From: Azolla caroliniana
Lineage: Eukaryota > Plantae > Polypodiophyta
NCBI GenBank assembly: GCA_043228905.1
Contig: JBHGNT010000012.1
Location: forward strand, 18,414,001 to 18,478,000
Length of the DNA stretch: 64,000 nucleotides
Direction of reading: 5' to 3'
Position numbers and translations under genes: made by a program. Shown here piece by piece: positions 12,450 through 25,500 of this stretch. The first letter of the stretch is position 1, and every line of letters begins with the position of its first letter. Below the pieces are notes generated by a model that did not search any database, was not told the DNA's origin, and worked only from the letters and a program-made list of their open reading frames with translations.

Positions 12450-15400
12450 AGTAGAGCCTTTTTGGAATGGATGCACATCACATTCTAAAGGATCTATTGG
12501 CATGTGTCTGTGTGCACATACAAATTTTACATACACAAGTATACTTGATGTTTTCGTACACTATGAAGGGGATCAAAATTAGTGAGATCGACCATGCAAT
12601 TGAAAGCAAAAATGGATGCCTACCTTGACGTTGACAATCATACCCATGGCATTCCAAGCTCTAAGATTTGTTCCCATGTTGCAAATGGAGTTATCAATGA
12701 AGAAATAAAAGATTGAGAAGAGTGGATTAAGGGTGCTCAATTGCATCGATCACCCCCGAGCGAAGGACATGAGATACACATAAAACATTGTAAATGTTAC
12801 ATACCATCAAATACTATTATGCTATACCTTGCTTGTTGAATAACGTATCCAAAATAAGAGACCTTGGCCTCAACAATAGAGCCTTGACAATGTCTCAAGA
12901 TGTTATAATGAAGGGGGTGGTTAGTTCCCTTTATATAGCCCAACACCTAAGGCTCCTATATCACTAGGTGTTCCCGCCAGACATAGGTTAACCAATGATT
13001 TTTGAGAGAAGTGGGAAAAGAGCACTAGGTTTCTCTGTTGGAAAGGAGTCTCCATGGCTATTGACTTGGTACCAACATGGGATTTAAACATAGTTCGGGC
13101 ACTCGGAGAAGGGGCTTTGTTCTTTGAACAACTTAGCAAATCAACCACCTAGACCTTCACCAATCCAAGGGGATTTTTATAGGCGGGGCAGGACGCCATC
13201 TCGTGACAATGTGTCGTAGATCATGACGTGATTGTCATTATTGGATAAGCACATTGTGGGGTGGGGAGCGTGCATTTTAGTCCCAAAGTGTGAAATGTAG
13301 GAAACCTTTGTAATTCTTGACTTGGATGACTGCAATGAGCAATTAAAGGATTTGATGGGTCAACATCATGTTGCTTAGGAACCTTCACATAATCAATCAA
13401 GTTGGCCTCGAGATTATTTTCGGTCACTGCCCATATCTTACCTTCAAGTGTTTCGTAGACAATTTGCTTATTGGGACAACATTGGTGCAATTGCCAAGCA
13501 ATGTATGATTGCACATAGCAAACATGTCATTTACATCCCAATGGCTAAAGGCCTCAAGGAGGAAGAAAGACCCATTGTGGAAATTGACGGACATGTCATG
13601 AACTCCAAAGAAGCCGAGAACACTTCCATTAAGACTATAATAGTTCAGGCTCCTAGAGCAACAGAGGGCATCATGAGTTTTAAGACACCACCCAAACAAC
13701 CATGGTCAAGACCAAGTAACAAACTAACAAGAGAACCAATGACATACTGCCATTGCAGATAGTAACATGTGAGAAGACACGCAAACCACAAGAAATGGGT
13801 CATCATCCATGGTGTACTACTCATAGAAGGAACAAAAAAGAATAAAGATGCCCTGGGGTGTGTCCGTAAAACATCAACGAAAGAACAAAGTTAGCACATA
13901 CGAGATGCACAGTTCTGGTCACCTGCACGCATGCATTCCTACATCTTGATGATGGACCCATTTAACTCCATAGTTGGCCCTACCCTAAAACCCTAAACCT
14001 TCATGCTTTGGCATCCAATCAAACTTCATGATTTGCGAGTGCTAGAGGAAATGTTTTGATTCCGTGATGAGACATATACATAGACATTGCCGAAGCAAAT
14101 ACTTTGTGTGTAAAAGCAAGCCACATATTGGAGAAGCAGATAATGTGTGAAAGCAAGCAACCATATCACATGACATTATATTCCTCATATTTGTAAAATT
14201 GTCCCCCAATTTGAAATCCAAGGGCGGGAGATTCTCCATCGCCTCAATAGTTTTGGTTTCTCTGATCTTCATCATCATACTGTTTTTATGTTAGTAAAAA
14301 ATTTGGACAGTGCATTCTTGTTTTGATCTGTTGTAGAGAAATGAACCAACCTTCATAAAATGCTTCTCTTTCCTGGAGGGTTTAGGAGATGCCACTGAAG
14401 TTGCTTACTGCTTCAAAAGGACAGGTTTTGATTCAAACACTCATGGATTCTTGGTCCATAATTTCGAAATTTTGCTGGAAATTCACTTTCTTACCCGATA
14501 TTTATCTATCTATCTCTGCAGTGATTCATTCCATTCCATTATAATAAGCATTTCTTTCACATTATTACTAGCATTGCCGATTTTGAAGGCAGCAATTGTC
14601 ATGACAAACAAGTCCATTTCAGCCGCTTTGGGACTTGCCACACCTTACACTGACTAAACTCTTCTCATTTGTAAATTCTTGAAACCACATATTGTTAATA
14701 AGCCATTATTAGTATCTTTATTGCGCATCTACAATCTCGACTGTGATGCAGACTCTCCTACATTACTACAAGTCATGCTCTTGTTTTATGGCACATTCTT
14801 TGCCAAAATAGTGTCATATCTACCAGCCTTCGACCAACGGAGCAAGGAACGGTAAAGTTCTGAGAAGTGTAACCTTAAATTCATCTACAAACAACTTCGA
14901 CTCATCATGTATTGATGCGTTTTCCTCGGATCCAATCATGTGTTGTCTTGCAAAATATGTACAAAGCTTGCCCATCATGTGTTGTCTCGCAAAATATGTA
15001 CAAAGATTGCATGTTAAAGGATGTGTTAACATCATGAATATAATGTGCCGGATATATATGAGGTTTTACATATACCAAACCTACTTGTCTATTGGCATGT
15101 TTTGATCTTGTTCAGTGTGACCTTGCCACATAAAACAATTCGAAACACAGAATTGTGACCTGGGGTAGCCCAAAAACAAAGATATGCATAGGAAGATAAG
15201 AGTGGTGGGGAAAATAGTGGTATTTTCTGTATGCAAAACATCCAACTAGCTTGCTTTCAAAGTTTATCGCTAATGATGAGTGGCAGTAAGGTTCGAACAT
15301 AAACTAATATGAATGGAGATCAACAAGCTCACGGACTTGTCGATTTTAATGTGATGGCAAGCTCATCCTCAAATTGAAGTGGGAATTGATACGAGTGACC

Positions 15401-16400
15401 AATCACTGAACTATATAGCCAGCGACAAGATGACCACTGGAATGGACAAGATGACCACTGGAATGGGGACAATCTATATTATTGAAATGTTGGAGTATTG
15501 GATGACCATTGACACCATCTACTTGATGGGGGTGAGTCATGGTTCTCAGTTAGGAGTTGAACGAGAGATGGGAGGTAGGATGGATTCGAGCAAGTCCAGC
15601 TTATCATCTATACGATGGTATAACAGAATTGAGCTTCATGGGGCATGTTGGAGTAAATCGTAGCGAAACCACACACTCGTGTGAACACCTTTTATTTTGT
15701 TGGAGATTATGTGCCCTTGTTATAAGTGTATGAAGAGGTACTTTTTGTATTAAGTGTACAGTAGATATAACAAAGTAGTTAAGGATTCTTTGTGAAGTAT
15801 GTCAAATAAAAATGTTTTCCTCTCCTACATTGATGCAAGGCACAATAAATAGTGGACCTTAGATCACTCTAAGAGGATGGCCTTGAACACATGCATTCCT
15901 ACATCTTGATGACCTTAGATCACTCTTAGATGATGGATTCCTTGAACCCATGCATTCCTACACCTTGATGACCATAGATCACTCTTAGATGATTGATTCC
16001 TTGAACTCATGTGCATTCCTACATCTTGATAATAGACCAAGGTGATGCCTCCATAGCTAGTCAGGCACATTTGATGAAGCACCGGAAGTGTTGGTTATGC
16101 GAGCTTTGGCATCACATTGAACATCGTGTTTGTGGTTATGTGAGTTCCGGAAATCTTGGTTTCGTGATAAGACATATACATAGACACACATACAAAGCCA
16201 CACACACGTCATAAGGAAGAACATTATATAAGGAAGCCAGATAGTGTGTGAAAGCAAGCATAACCATATCACATCACATTCCACATATTTGAAAATTTGT
16301 CCCCAAATTTGAAATTCAAGGGTGGGGGGTTCTCCATCGCTTGAATCGTTTCTTTGATCATCATCATCATCATCATCATCATGGGAATTTCAGGTTCAGG
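12450..16400 (-). mobile_element. Highly decayed transposon-like relic with an internal duplication (family uncertain)
   Basis: No intact ORF. Block 13930-14280 is repeated at about 15990-16380. Cys/His-rich broken minus-strand frames, e.g. CNLCTYF...KLFVDEF and IMSCD..ACFH. Confidence 0.3.
15855..16030. repeat. Tandem repeat, about 56-60 bp x 3
   Basis: GACCTTAGATCACTCTTAGA...CCTTGAAC..ATGCATTCCTACATCTTGAT occurs three times. Confidence 0.85.
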
Positions 16401-17330
16401 AAAGATTCCAAGGATTTGAGCAATAATGGATGCAATGTGTCAGTCACAATGTCATGGATCATGGCAGTCTATGTAGTGATTGATCACCATGGATTCGGTA
16501 ATACAAAGAAGGAAATAGAAGCATGTTTTTTCATGAGCTTCTGGGACATGGTAGGATAAACCTATTCCTGAGAAAACTGTCAGGGTTGGGAGGAAAGCTT
16601 AGATCCAAAAACATGTGGAAATGTGTCTCTTAGAAATTTAGGAAAGAAAGAGTGTTGAGAAAACAGATTGTCGTTAGGAAGAAGAAGCTGTGTTGAAGGA
16701 GTCAATGCAACCCTCAAGTTTAATGTTGGGGATGGTTGGTTCATTTGCCTCACCATAACCTGAGGATACTAAGAAACTGAGTTTTTGGTGGAAACGAAAG
16801 AGAACCTAAAAATGTAGAGTATTGAATTTACCTTAGTGATCAATGTGAAAAAGAGCGATACAACAAATAGTTACTGATACAGGGAGATTGACTCAATCGT
16901 CCTACCATCCAACAAGAAATTACTAAAAAACATTACATATGTGGAAAATTGTGACTTAGGAGGATTACATAAAGTGCCAAGCCTTTGCAAGCTCTCTTGT
17001 TCATAAAATTGTCTAAATTATACGGCGCACTAATTTCATGTAATCGCATTTCTGCTCAACATGTGAGCTTCTCATACAATGGGGCTTCAGATTTTTCAAG
17101 AAGTAATCGTAATCACATACCCCATATACTTCATGAACAAATAATTATAAATGTTAGATTGAGAGTCGGAGACAAAGAGATCATAAGCAAGTTAATTGTC
17201 GAGACATACGATTTGTTAATGAATGATCATCGGATTAGAAGCCAAAAGATATAAGATGGTAGCAAATCATTAGTTACAATGCTAGATGCTTAAGAGTCAA
17301 GTAATGAAAGAAACTTCATCAAATAATGAA

Positions 17331-17924
17331 CTATCTTCGATTAATGATCTTGTAATTGTTGGATTTAATGCTGTCGAGCGGCGGCAAACTCCTTAAATTC
17401 ATTTCCTGCCTTTGGGTAGTGGTAATCATGCCCCTATGCTGTTGTAGTTGCTTCTTTTCCTTCGAAGAAGATAATGCAGCAGCGATCCGCATCCGACGGA
17501 GTATATTGGGTTTGGCATTCCTCCATTTCCTAAGTGTATGTTGCTGCTTGTGGTGATGATGACCCGATTGCGATTGCGGGCGCGGTAGTTCTTCTGGCCG
17601 GAGGAGGCAAATGGTGCGTTGCCTCTTCGCCAAAAGCTCTCGCTCGTAACCTACAGCGAGCTTCCGCTTGGTTCTTTGAATCTTCTCTTCATAGCTGCTG
17701 CTGCTGTGATGGTGGAGGAGCTTCTTCCAGGCAGAGATGAGGGCTTTGGCGAGGGAGGCGATGGCGGGAGAAGGGTGTTTGGTCAATTCGTAGGTGGTCT
17801 TGCCGATGCAGGTGTCTCTGAGAATGTAGGCATCCTTGTGGAGCAGGATGAGTGGCTGAAGCTTCTGTAGGAGGTCCACCAAGATTGGAGCAGAAGTCTG
17901 GGGTGGACCTGCAGCATGCTTCAT
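17331..17924 (-). CDS. Intronless MED26b/c-like protein (TFIIS N-terminal/LW domain), divergent; 197 aa from ATG 17924 (ORF open to 18089)
   Basis: LVDLLQKLQ...ILRDTCIGKTTYELTKHPSPAIASLAKALISAWKKL matches TFIIS-N. EEKIQRTKRKLAVGYERELLAKRQRTICLL matches the plant MED26b/c C-terminal motif (KL..TKRKL...Y.....AK.QRTI). The start codon is uncertain. Confidence 0.7.
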   Translation of the reverse strand: MKHAAGPPQTSAPILVDLLQKLQPLILLHKDAYILRDTCIGKTTYELTKHPSPAIASLAKALISAWKKLLHHHSSSSYEEKIQRTKRKLAVGYERELLAKRQRTICLLRPEELPRPQSQSGHHHHKQQHTLRKWRNAKPNILRRMRIAAALSSSKEKKQLQQHRGMITTTQRQEMNLRSLPPLDSIKSNNYKIINRR

Positions 17925-18065
17925 TATTTGCTGCTCAATTGCTGTAACCTCTTGGTTTAGAGGTTCGGTTCGGTTCAAACCAAACCGAACCGTTGCCGAT
18001 TGACAGCAATGGAGGAGGAGGAGCAATGGAGGGTTGGTAGGTGCATATCCATAGAATAGATTGGA

Positions 18066-18525
18066 TTTGATGGAATGCAATGGACGCAAAGGAGAGAGAG
18101 AGAGAGAGAGAGAGAGGTGGTGCTTTTTTTTTTGGAGAATAGTAGGCTGGTAAGGCCGAATTCGGGAATTAGGGTTAGGGTTAGGGTTAGGGGTTTGCAG
18201 GATTTAATGGTGCTAGATGGGCTGGAATGGAATGGACGCAGGGCTGAGGGATTGAGGGAGAGAGCTTGTGGTGCTTTTTTTTTTGGAGAATAGTTGGCTG
18301 GTAAGGCCGAATTCGGGAATTAGGGTTAGGGTTAGAGTTAGGGTTAGGGTTAGGGGTTTGCAGGATTTAATGGTGCTAGATGGGCTGGGATGGAATGGAC
18401 GCAGGGCTGAGGGATTGAGGGAAAGAGCTTGTGGTGCTTTTTCTGAGAATAGGAGGAGGCTTTTAAGAATGAATTCGGGAATTAGGGTTAGGGTTAGGGT
18501 TAGGGTTAGGGGTTTGCAGGATTTA
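18066..18525. repeat. Tandem array of about 3 units of about 160 bp, each containing (TTAGGG)3-5
   Basis: Unit TGGAATGGACGCA...GAATTCGGGAA(TTAGGG)nGTTTGCAGGATTTAA starts at about 18070, 18228 and 18391. Confidence 0.85.
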
Positions 18526-18716
18526 AAATTGGGGGGAGGGGCCAAATGTTCCAAACGCATTTACCATTTGCGTTTGGCCCAATTAGTTTGCGTTTTGGCC
18601 CAATTTAAAATCATTTGCGTCTCCACCTGAGTTTGAGTTTGAGTTTGAGTTTGACACGTGGGAGGTCTTGTCTGATCGCAAGGCCAGCCTTGGACCCAAT
18701 GATTGCTTGCCACGTG

Positions 18717-19743
18717 TAACAATCGGCAACGGTTCCGTTTGAACCGAACCGAACCGCTAAACCGCGGTTTAACAGTTTCAACGGTTCGGTTCACGTTTAG
18801 GTTTTTATTAACGGCTCGGTTCAGTTTCAACAATCAAAAATCGCGGTTCAAACGGTTTAACGATTTTTATTTTTATTTATTTTAAAATTTTTAAAAAATT
18901 GTTTTTAAACAATCTTTTCATTTTTAGACCTTATTCTCACATTTTAGCAACATCTTAAAAAAAAAATTAAAAAAAATATTATAAATTATAAATTATGAAG
19001 ACGGTGGCTAAGAAGGGAACGATTTCATCAGTTGCAAAGTTGGCGAGTGCTTGATATTTCCAGCTCATGGATTTTATGCTACTCCTCATATTGTATTTGT
19101 TTGGAGCATTGGCAAAGGAAAACCCTTCAACTGGTTCACTTGGAAATGGGTGGTAACAAGCAGCATGACTGAGGTGGAAAGAGGAGGCATTAGGTTTGTG
19201 TTTACAGACGTTGGAATTTGATGGTAACCAAATGTGGAAAGAGGAAGCAAGATGATGATTGATGTGTTTACAGACATGCATAAGGAACGTGGTTTTCTTG
19301 AAGAAGCACAGAATGTATGATCAACTTCAAAACTGAGATGTAGAGGCATGGAATACATTGTTCTCTACCTTGGAAGCTTGTGGTAGCAATATGGAATAGC
19401 TTGGAAGCTGTTTATAGAATAATTTTCAGATTAGTTGTCTATTTTCCTCTATTTTGGAGTTCAAAGTTTTGTTTCCTCAACCATCATCTTATAAAGACGA
19501 GTATGGGGAAAATTTTGTATGCTGTAGTTTTTATGACTTTTCTAAAAACTAATAGAAGTATATTTTCTTTTGGAAAATTTGACCTATGTTGAAAACCGAA
19601 ACCGAACCACGAAACCGCGGTTTAACGGTTTGTGGTTTGGTTCGGTTCGGTTCAGGTTTCAAAAAGTTTAAACGGTTCGGTCCCAAACTGGTTCAGTTTG
19701 GACCCTCTAAAACCGAACCGAACCGAACCGTTGCCGATTGTTA
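18717..19743. mobile_element. Non-autonomous hAT-type element (1027 bp) with about 0.6 kb of extra internal sequence
   Basis: TIRs TAACAATCGGCAACGGTTC / GAACCGTTGCCGATTGTTA. Perfect 8-bp TSD GCCACGTG at 18709-18716 and 19744-19751. Subterminal AACCG repeats. Confidence 0.9.
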
Positions 19744-20139
19744 GCCACGTGGAGCCACCTGAGCCGTGCCGTTTTCTGATGTCCGGACAAAAGAATAAAA
19801 TAAAATGGGAAAAGAATATATAGAACGCAAAATGTTTCTTTTGGTGTTTTTCTTTTCATCATTTAGTCCTGAGTTTTTAATTTATTTTTTAAGTTTTTAT
19901 GTCTGAAATGAATCAATACAAAAAGTAAGACAAAGGAGAGGTTTTCCGTGTATGTATGTGTGTATCAGTATCTATGTTATGTATGTATGTATGTATGTAT
20001 GTATGTGTATATGTATGTTATGTATGTATCAGCAGATCAGCAGCTCAAAAGGGGAAAGAATTTGGATTTGAAGAATATAGTTAAAAAGGCCATTTTGGTT
20101 TTAGTCCATGAAAATTTCTTTTGTACATGAATTTGTGAG

Positions 20140-20985
20140 CTAAAATATCATGTCTGTAACTTCCCAAGTTTTATGCTTTTTAAGCTAAATATTGTTCAAG
20201 CAGCAAATGGGAAGCCAAGCATCCATCCATTCATCAGAGAATTGTAAACAGTATTTAATGAGTATCTCATTGGTTGTAATCCGATTTCCAAATTCTTTCA
20301 TAGTATGTATTTGGCTAGTCATGGGGGAATAAATGGCCTTTTTCTGGATGCTTTTGTTAGTAAGACTTGAAATGCAATTTATAGGTTTAAAAAAGAGAGT
20401 ATATAGTGCTAGAATTAAAACTGGTTCTAGAATCACACAGCAGAAATATTTGCATCATTTCAGGTTTGTATCTCGATCTATCATTGTTTGATAATAAAGA
20501 CTCAGAGAATGATAGCAGCTTCAGATTGGCAATCAATCCTCTTTATGCAGAATGAATGCAGTTAGTTGACTGGTTCACAGCCCTATTGCAAAGCAAAATG
20601 TGTTCATCCTCTCTACCCTAAAAGAAGAGGAGGAATGCAAATCGAAAGAGAATGAGCTTAAATGGGTGCTATCCCAAGGAACAAGAGAAGAGTACATGTG
20701 GTGGACTATTGTCAACATTTGGGCTGATTATGGCTATGAATGTGGGTGGTATAGTATATCCAACCCTTCTTGTTTGCATTTAGAGGTAGTTGCAAAGTCT
20801 CTAATACCCCATTATATTGGATGTAATTTGGTGAATCTTGTGATTATATTAACATCACAGAATCCTATTTGGGCGATTCGATTTGAGACACCCCATTGGT
20901 TAGTTCTAGAAGTTGGTCTCTCCACATTCTTTGAGACACTTTGCTCTAACTAGGCTCGTGTCTCTCTCGAGCATTCTCATCCATA
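20140..20985 (+). pseudogene. Decayed partial genomic duplicate of the SET gene 3' region (copy of about 10690-11585)
   Basis: Shares intron and exon sequence, e.g. ACACAGCAGAAATATTTGCATCATTTCAGGT and ILSTLKE.E.CK.K.NELKWV.SQ / WWT.VN.WADYGYE. Contains deletions and frameshifts. Confidence 0.85.
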
Positions 20986-22566
20986 GCATATGCCTGTTAC
21001 ATCCAATAAGCTTGCCAAGTCTCATTCATCTCTCCTTGAAGTAGTACTCGAATAGATTTGCACACAAATGGTAGTCATTCTGAACATTGCTTGCAAGTTG
21101 TAGGTTGTCCAAAACCTCCATCTACTTTGGTGGTGGAGAGGTTGACTTTAGGGTTTGCTCAGTTCGCGTAAGGGATCACCAAAGGTGGAAGCAAAGAAGA
21201 GTGTTAACCTAATCAAATCCCTAATCTTCTCACACACAATACACTAAGTCAATGTATCTTTTTAGTTAAATAACTCTTCAGTAGCCTCACATCTTTCCTT
21301 ATTCATGTCACTTGTGGTCCAATTGAAGTAGCACACAAATGTTCATGCGACAATGTGAAAGTGAATGGCAACTTTCGATGTTCAAGAACTTTACTAATGA
21401 ATGTCTCCATCAAGAGTGCACACTTTGATGATGATAGAAATTCAAGAATAGTTTAATCTATTTAAATACGAAGCATTGTATTGAGCAAGATGGGCTCTAA
21501 CATGTATTAATATAGTAATGGTGATTGTTTGTTTGTTTGTGTGTGTGTGTGTGATCATTTGCGGGGGAGTTGCACCTTAAAATTGAACTTTATTTTTGTG
21601 AAAACTCAAAAGAAATATAAACCATGAAATGTGTACAATAATTTGCTACTCAAAAGAATAGAAAGTTTCGAGGTACATTGAGCTTTGGGTTTCCTTAAGA
21701 TACGAACAAAACAATGTACTATTCTCCATGTTGAAGCAAGATGGAGGAACTGTTGTGCATTACAAAACATATGTGGTGGAGCAGAATCAACATATGTACC
21801 TAATTGACACTTTGTAAAGCCAAAGCTTTGTCTTGAAGTTTTAATGTAAGAGATAGCTCTAAAATTAGCCTAAAGGCTTGTGCCCCATTATATGAGTTGA
21901 TGGATTACCCACTTTGATGACAATTCAAAGTTTAATTCTCATATTTGATGAAGGGTGTGAAGCATTTAGAAACAAATAGTTGTGGATAATGTGATTACGC
22001 CTTTACACACTAAGAGTATGATAAAAGCTCCCAAATTAGCCTAAATGTTTAGGAGTCATTATTGCAATTCCCCATTGCAAGTGTCTGTCGTGGAAATTCA
22101 AAGTTCAATAGTCATATTTGCCCACGGATGTTTGAGTATATAAAGACAAATGATGAGACTAAACATCTAAACAAGTGATTGTAATTTACATTAACATGCA
22201 TGCATTGCATTACTGTACATAAACTCAAGGATTGACAATTCATCCTCCAAAGGACGTTGCATGGTTTTGACATGCATACAACATTACACATATAGTCTAA
22301 GGACATAACTCCATTACAACATTTTGAAAAATGTGGCATTGAATGAGCCAGATATATTGTTTGCATATTCATGTTTTGATGTTACTATTAACTTTATTAG
22401 AACTCATTACTATTGAATGTATATCTGTCTTTTAATTTAGTTAATAACCTCATGGTTTTATGGGTTGCATGAAACCATGTTTACGTAAAATTTCATCGCC
22501 ATTTAATGTTTACAAGATGACTTGCATTTTTCATTTATTTTTCTCCATTTTGTTATCAATTGCTTT

Positions 22567-25500
22567 TCATGTATGAGTATTTTCTCCTCTTAAGATCTCC
22601 AACTCTCCAATTTCATTGTTGTTTTCATTGTTGTTTAATGGGCTGCTGGAACAAAACCAACTAATAATAGGCCAAACACCACTGCGGGCAACAAGAATGA
22701 TGACTGCATACATGCCACCTGCTTGAGCAAGGGTTTGAAGCAACCGATAAAAAAAGGTGGTGTGCGAGATGACGATGCAAAAGCTTGGATTGCACAGCTC
22801 CATATATCGGGTCCAATTTACAAACATTCTTAATCCCAACCCCTGTGGTAAGTCTTCCACATCCTTATAATTCGACCTTGCATCTTTCAGAACATTCTAG
22901 AGGCCAACATATCCTCGATTAACTTTCACCATTCAACTTTAAGTAAATTGGAAGCAGAAACTTTGATTCTAGACATTAACATTATGTTATGCATATTATG
23001 TTATCAAGAGAATTCTACATCTAATATGATTACAATCTAATAGTTTTGGGTAGTGTAAATGCGTCTTACAAAAGGGAATTCTACACATTAACATTATGTT
23101 ATGCATGTTATATTATCAAAAGAATTCTACATCTAATATTATTACAATCTAATAGTTTTGGGTAATGTAAACGCTTCGTACAAAAGAGAATAAATCAAAT
23201 TCAACAAGTTGTGTGCCTTCCTAAGAATTTATCAAGATGCAATGAGAATTTAAAATAGATTTTACACACTTAAAACTTTCATTTTGGAATTCTTGTACAG
23301 ATTTATTGTGCAGGAGTTCATGGATTGCAATATGGACTTGCATATGCATGTGTATAAATTCCAATTATCAAATTATAGATTTGATGTATGTGTATATCAT
23401 TTGAAGCAAGAGTTTACTGTAAAACAGAATCATGTGATACGCAAAATATTGCTCATTAATTTACTTCATATGATATTATATCATTTTGGTTTTTGTTCTT
23501 TAATATTTCATAGACTTCATAAAATTACCTTGCTTACATTCCAAAAGTCCAACACTGAGCTGGAAGTATTAATTCGGAATTGACTTGCCATTTTTGTTAT
23601 TAAGGCTGCCACTGTTAATGTTCGATTATCAACATTTGCCGTACCATTAGGCCCTAATGTCCGTGATGTGGCAGCCATTATGGTCCCTATCATAGAAAAA
23701 TAGTGGACAACCATTAAAAGAAATCAGGGAACACGTCAAATTGAACATGTATTATATGCATCTTTCCAATTATAATGAAATTGTCATTATAAATAGCAAT
23801 GGTTCTTTGTATCTCTGCTAGTCCAGAAAGGTTTTACCTTCAATCTCTTTACCCACATCATCATAAAGAGTGGCAAAGCTTAACAAATTTGCAGTAAACA
23901 TATTTGTGTGTGCAACATCATCTGCACACAGTGTGTAGTCCATCACACTGTGACATGTATCCCCAGACTTATCTACCAAACCCAATCAAAGTCATTTCTG
24001 GTTTATTTGTGAAATAAATTTACTCTGTTTGAACCAATTAATATGAGATATTACCTCCGCAAAACTCATTAGCTACACCAGCATAGTTTGTCTTTGTATC
24101 AATGGGCAGTTGTTGAATCATGACGATGCCGTGAACATTCATAATCTTAGCAAGTAATAAGGCCAATACTTATCATTGTTTCAAATACAAATCAGTAATG
24201 CAACATTTTCACAAAATGTACACTAGTTTAACAGTGAGCAGACAACCAATTTAATACATCAGTCGGGTGGGTTTCTCCCAACATTACCAAATCTCTCTAG
24301 CCCTATAGTGGTGCTAGCTATGGTCTGTTTGTGAGGCTGTCTTTGCAACTCTGCCTTATTGGTCGGGTATATTGAAGTGGTTTCTGAACTACTCTTTGGT
24401 TGTCATGCATATTTTATATATGTTCTTTCATAGCCTACTGTAATTCCTGAATTTACCTAAGGATTTCAACCTTATCGGTTCCAACATCTAATGATTAATA
24501 CTTATATACTTTCCAAATAGCAGCTACTCATGGTTTAAATGTTTCTGAAATTTTGGTTTCTCCTTAGTTAATTTGCGTTATTTCTTTTGTAATGGAGACT
24601 TTGCCCTTGTTTCCAACCTAGGAAGGACAGAAGCCTTGGTAGAAATCTCGCTAAGGTGTGTGTGATATGTATGCAATGGAAGACGCCGAGGAGCAGAACT
24701 AATTAATAAGAGACAAGGGGAAGCAAGAATAATCTCTGATAAAAAAGAAGCCCCAACCATACCAAGAAATCGAAAGGAAGCTGAACACTCTCGGTTAAAA
24801 GAACATAAGAGGAAGACAGCTGAAAGCTCCAGGAGGTTCTGTCTGAGAATATGGCAACTATAGTGTCTTTCTATGAGGGAAGAGGAAGACAGGTGATGTA
24901 TACTTTTAAGCCCCATTGATGGTTCGTAGTGACAATGGAAAAATAATAGGCATTGATCAAAGGCTGCTTATAACTGGCAGCCTGCTCTTGCCAGTCCTGA
25001 GGTGGAGAACAAAGAGGCATAATCACTGGCTGATACATATCTCAAAAAAGAAAGCACAACAGATTATAAAGGCGGAAAATCTGCCTCTACAATTAAACAT
25101 TAAACACATCTTGATTTTCCCGTGTGTAAATACTTTAATGACTCCCTTCATGTATCTACTATTTTCCAAGCTTTACATTTTCTAGTGGAGAAACAGAAAC
25201 TTTTTACACCAAATTATGCATTCAGGAACCACTTATATAAAGACATTAAGATTCATGGGGGAAGATTAAACCTATGCTCTCTTATAACTTTTCGATGTTT
25301 CTCTACATGGCATCAACGATTTCACATTCACCAAAAGAAAGAGTAATGGGTGAGTAAGGATTACAGAAAAGCTACTCCTTAATCTCTCAGATAAATGAAA
25401 ACATATAAAATCCATAACCCTCAAACATAGATAGATAGCTAACTAATGCGCGACCACATTTTTGTATGTGAGATTTTATAAAAAGTGTTTAAATTAGAAT

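Noticed and set aside
18213-18630. ORFs with RVRVRV / LTLTLT repeats
   Set aside because: They are translations of the TTAGGG tandem array.
24578-25350. Possible additional exons of the two-TM gene
   Set aside because: Candidate frames contain stops and look like decayed repeat sequence. The flanking exons already join in phase without them.
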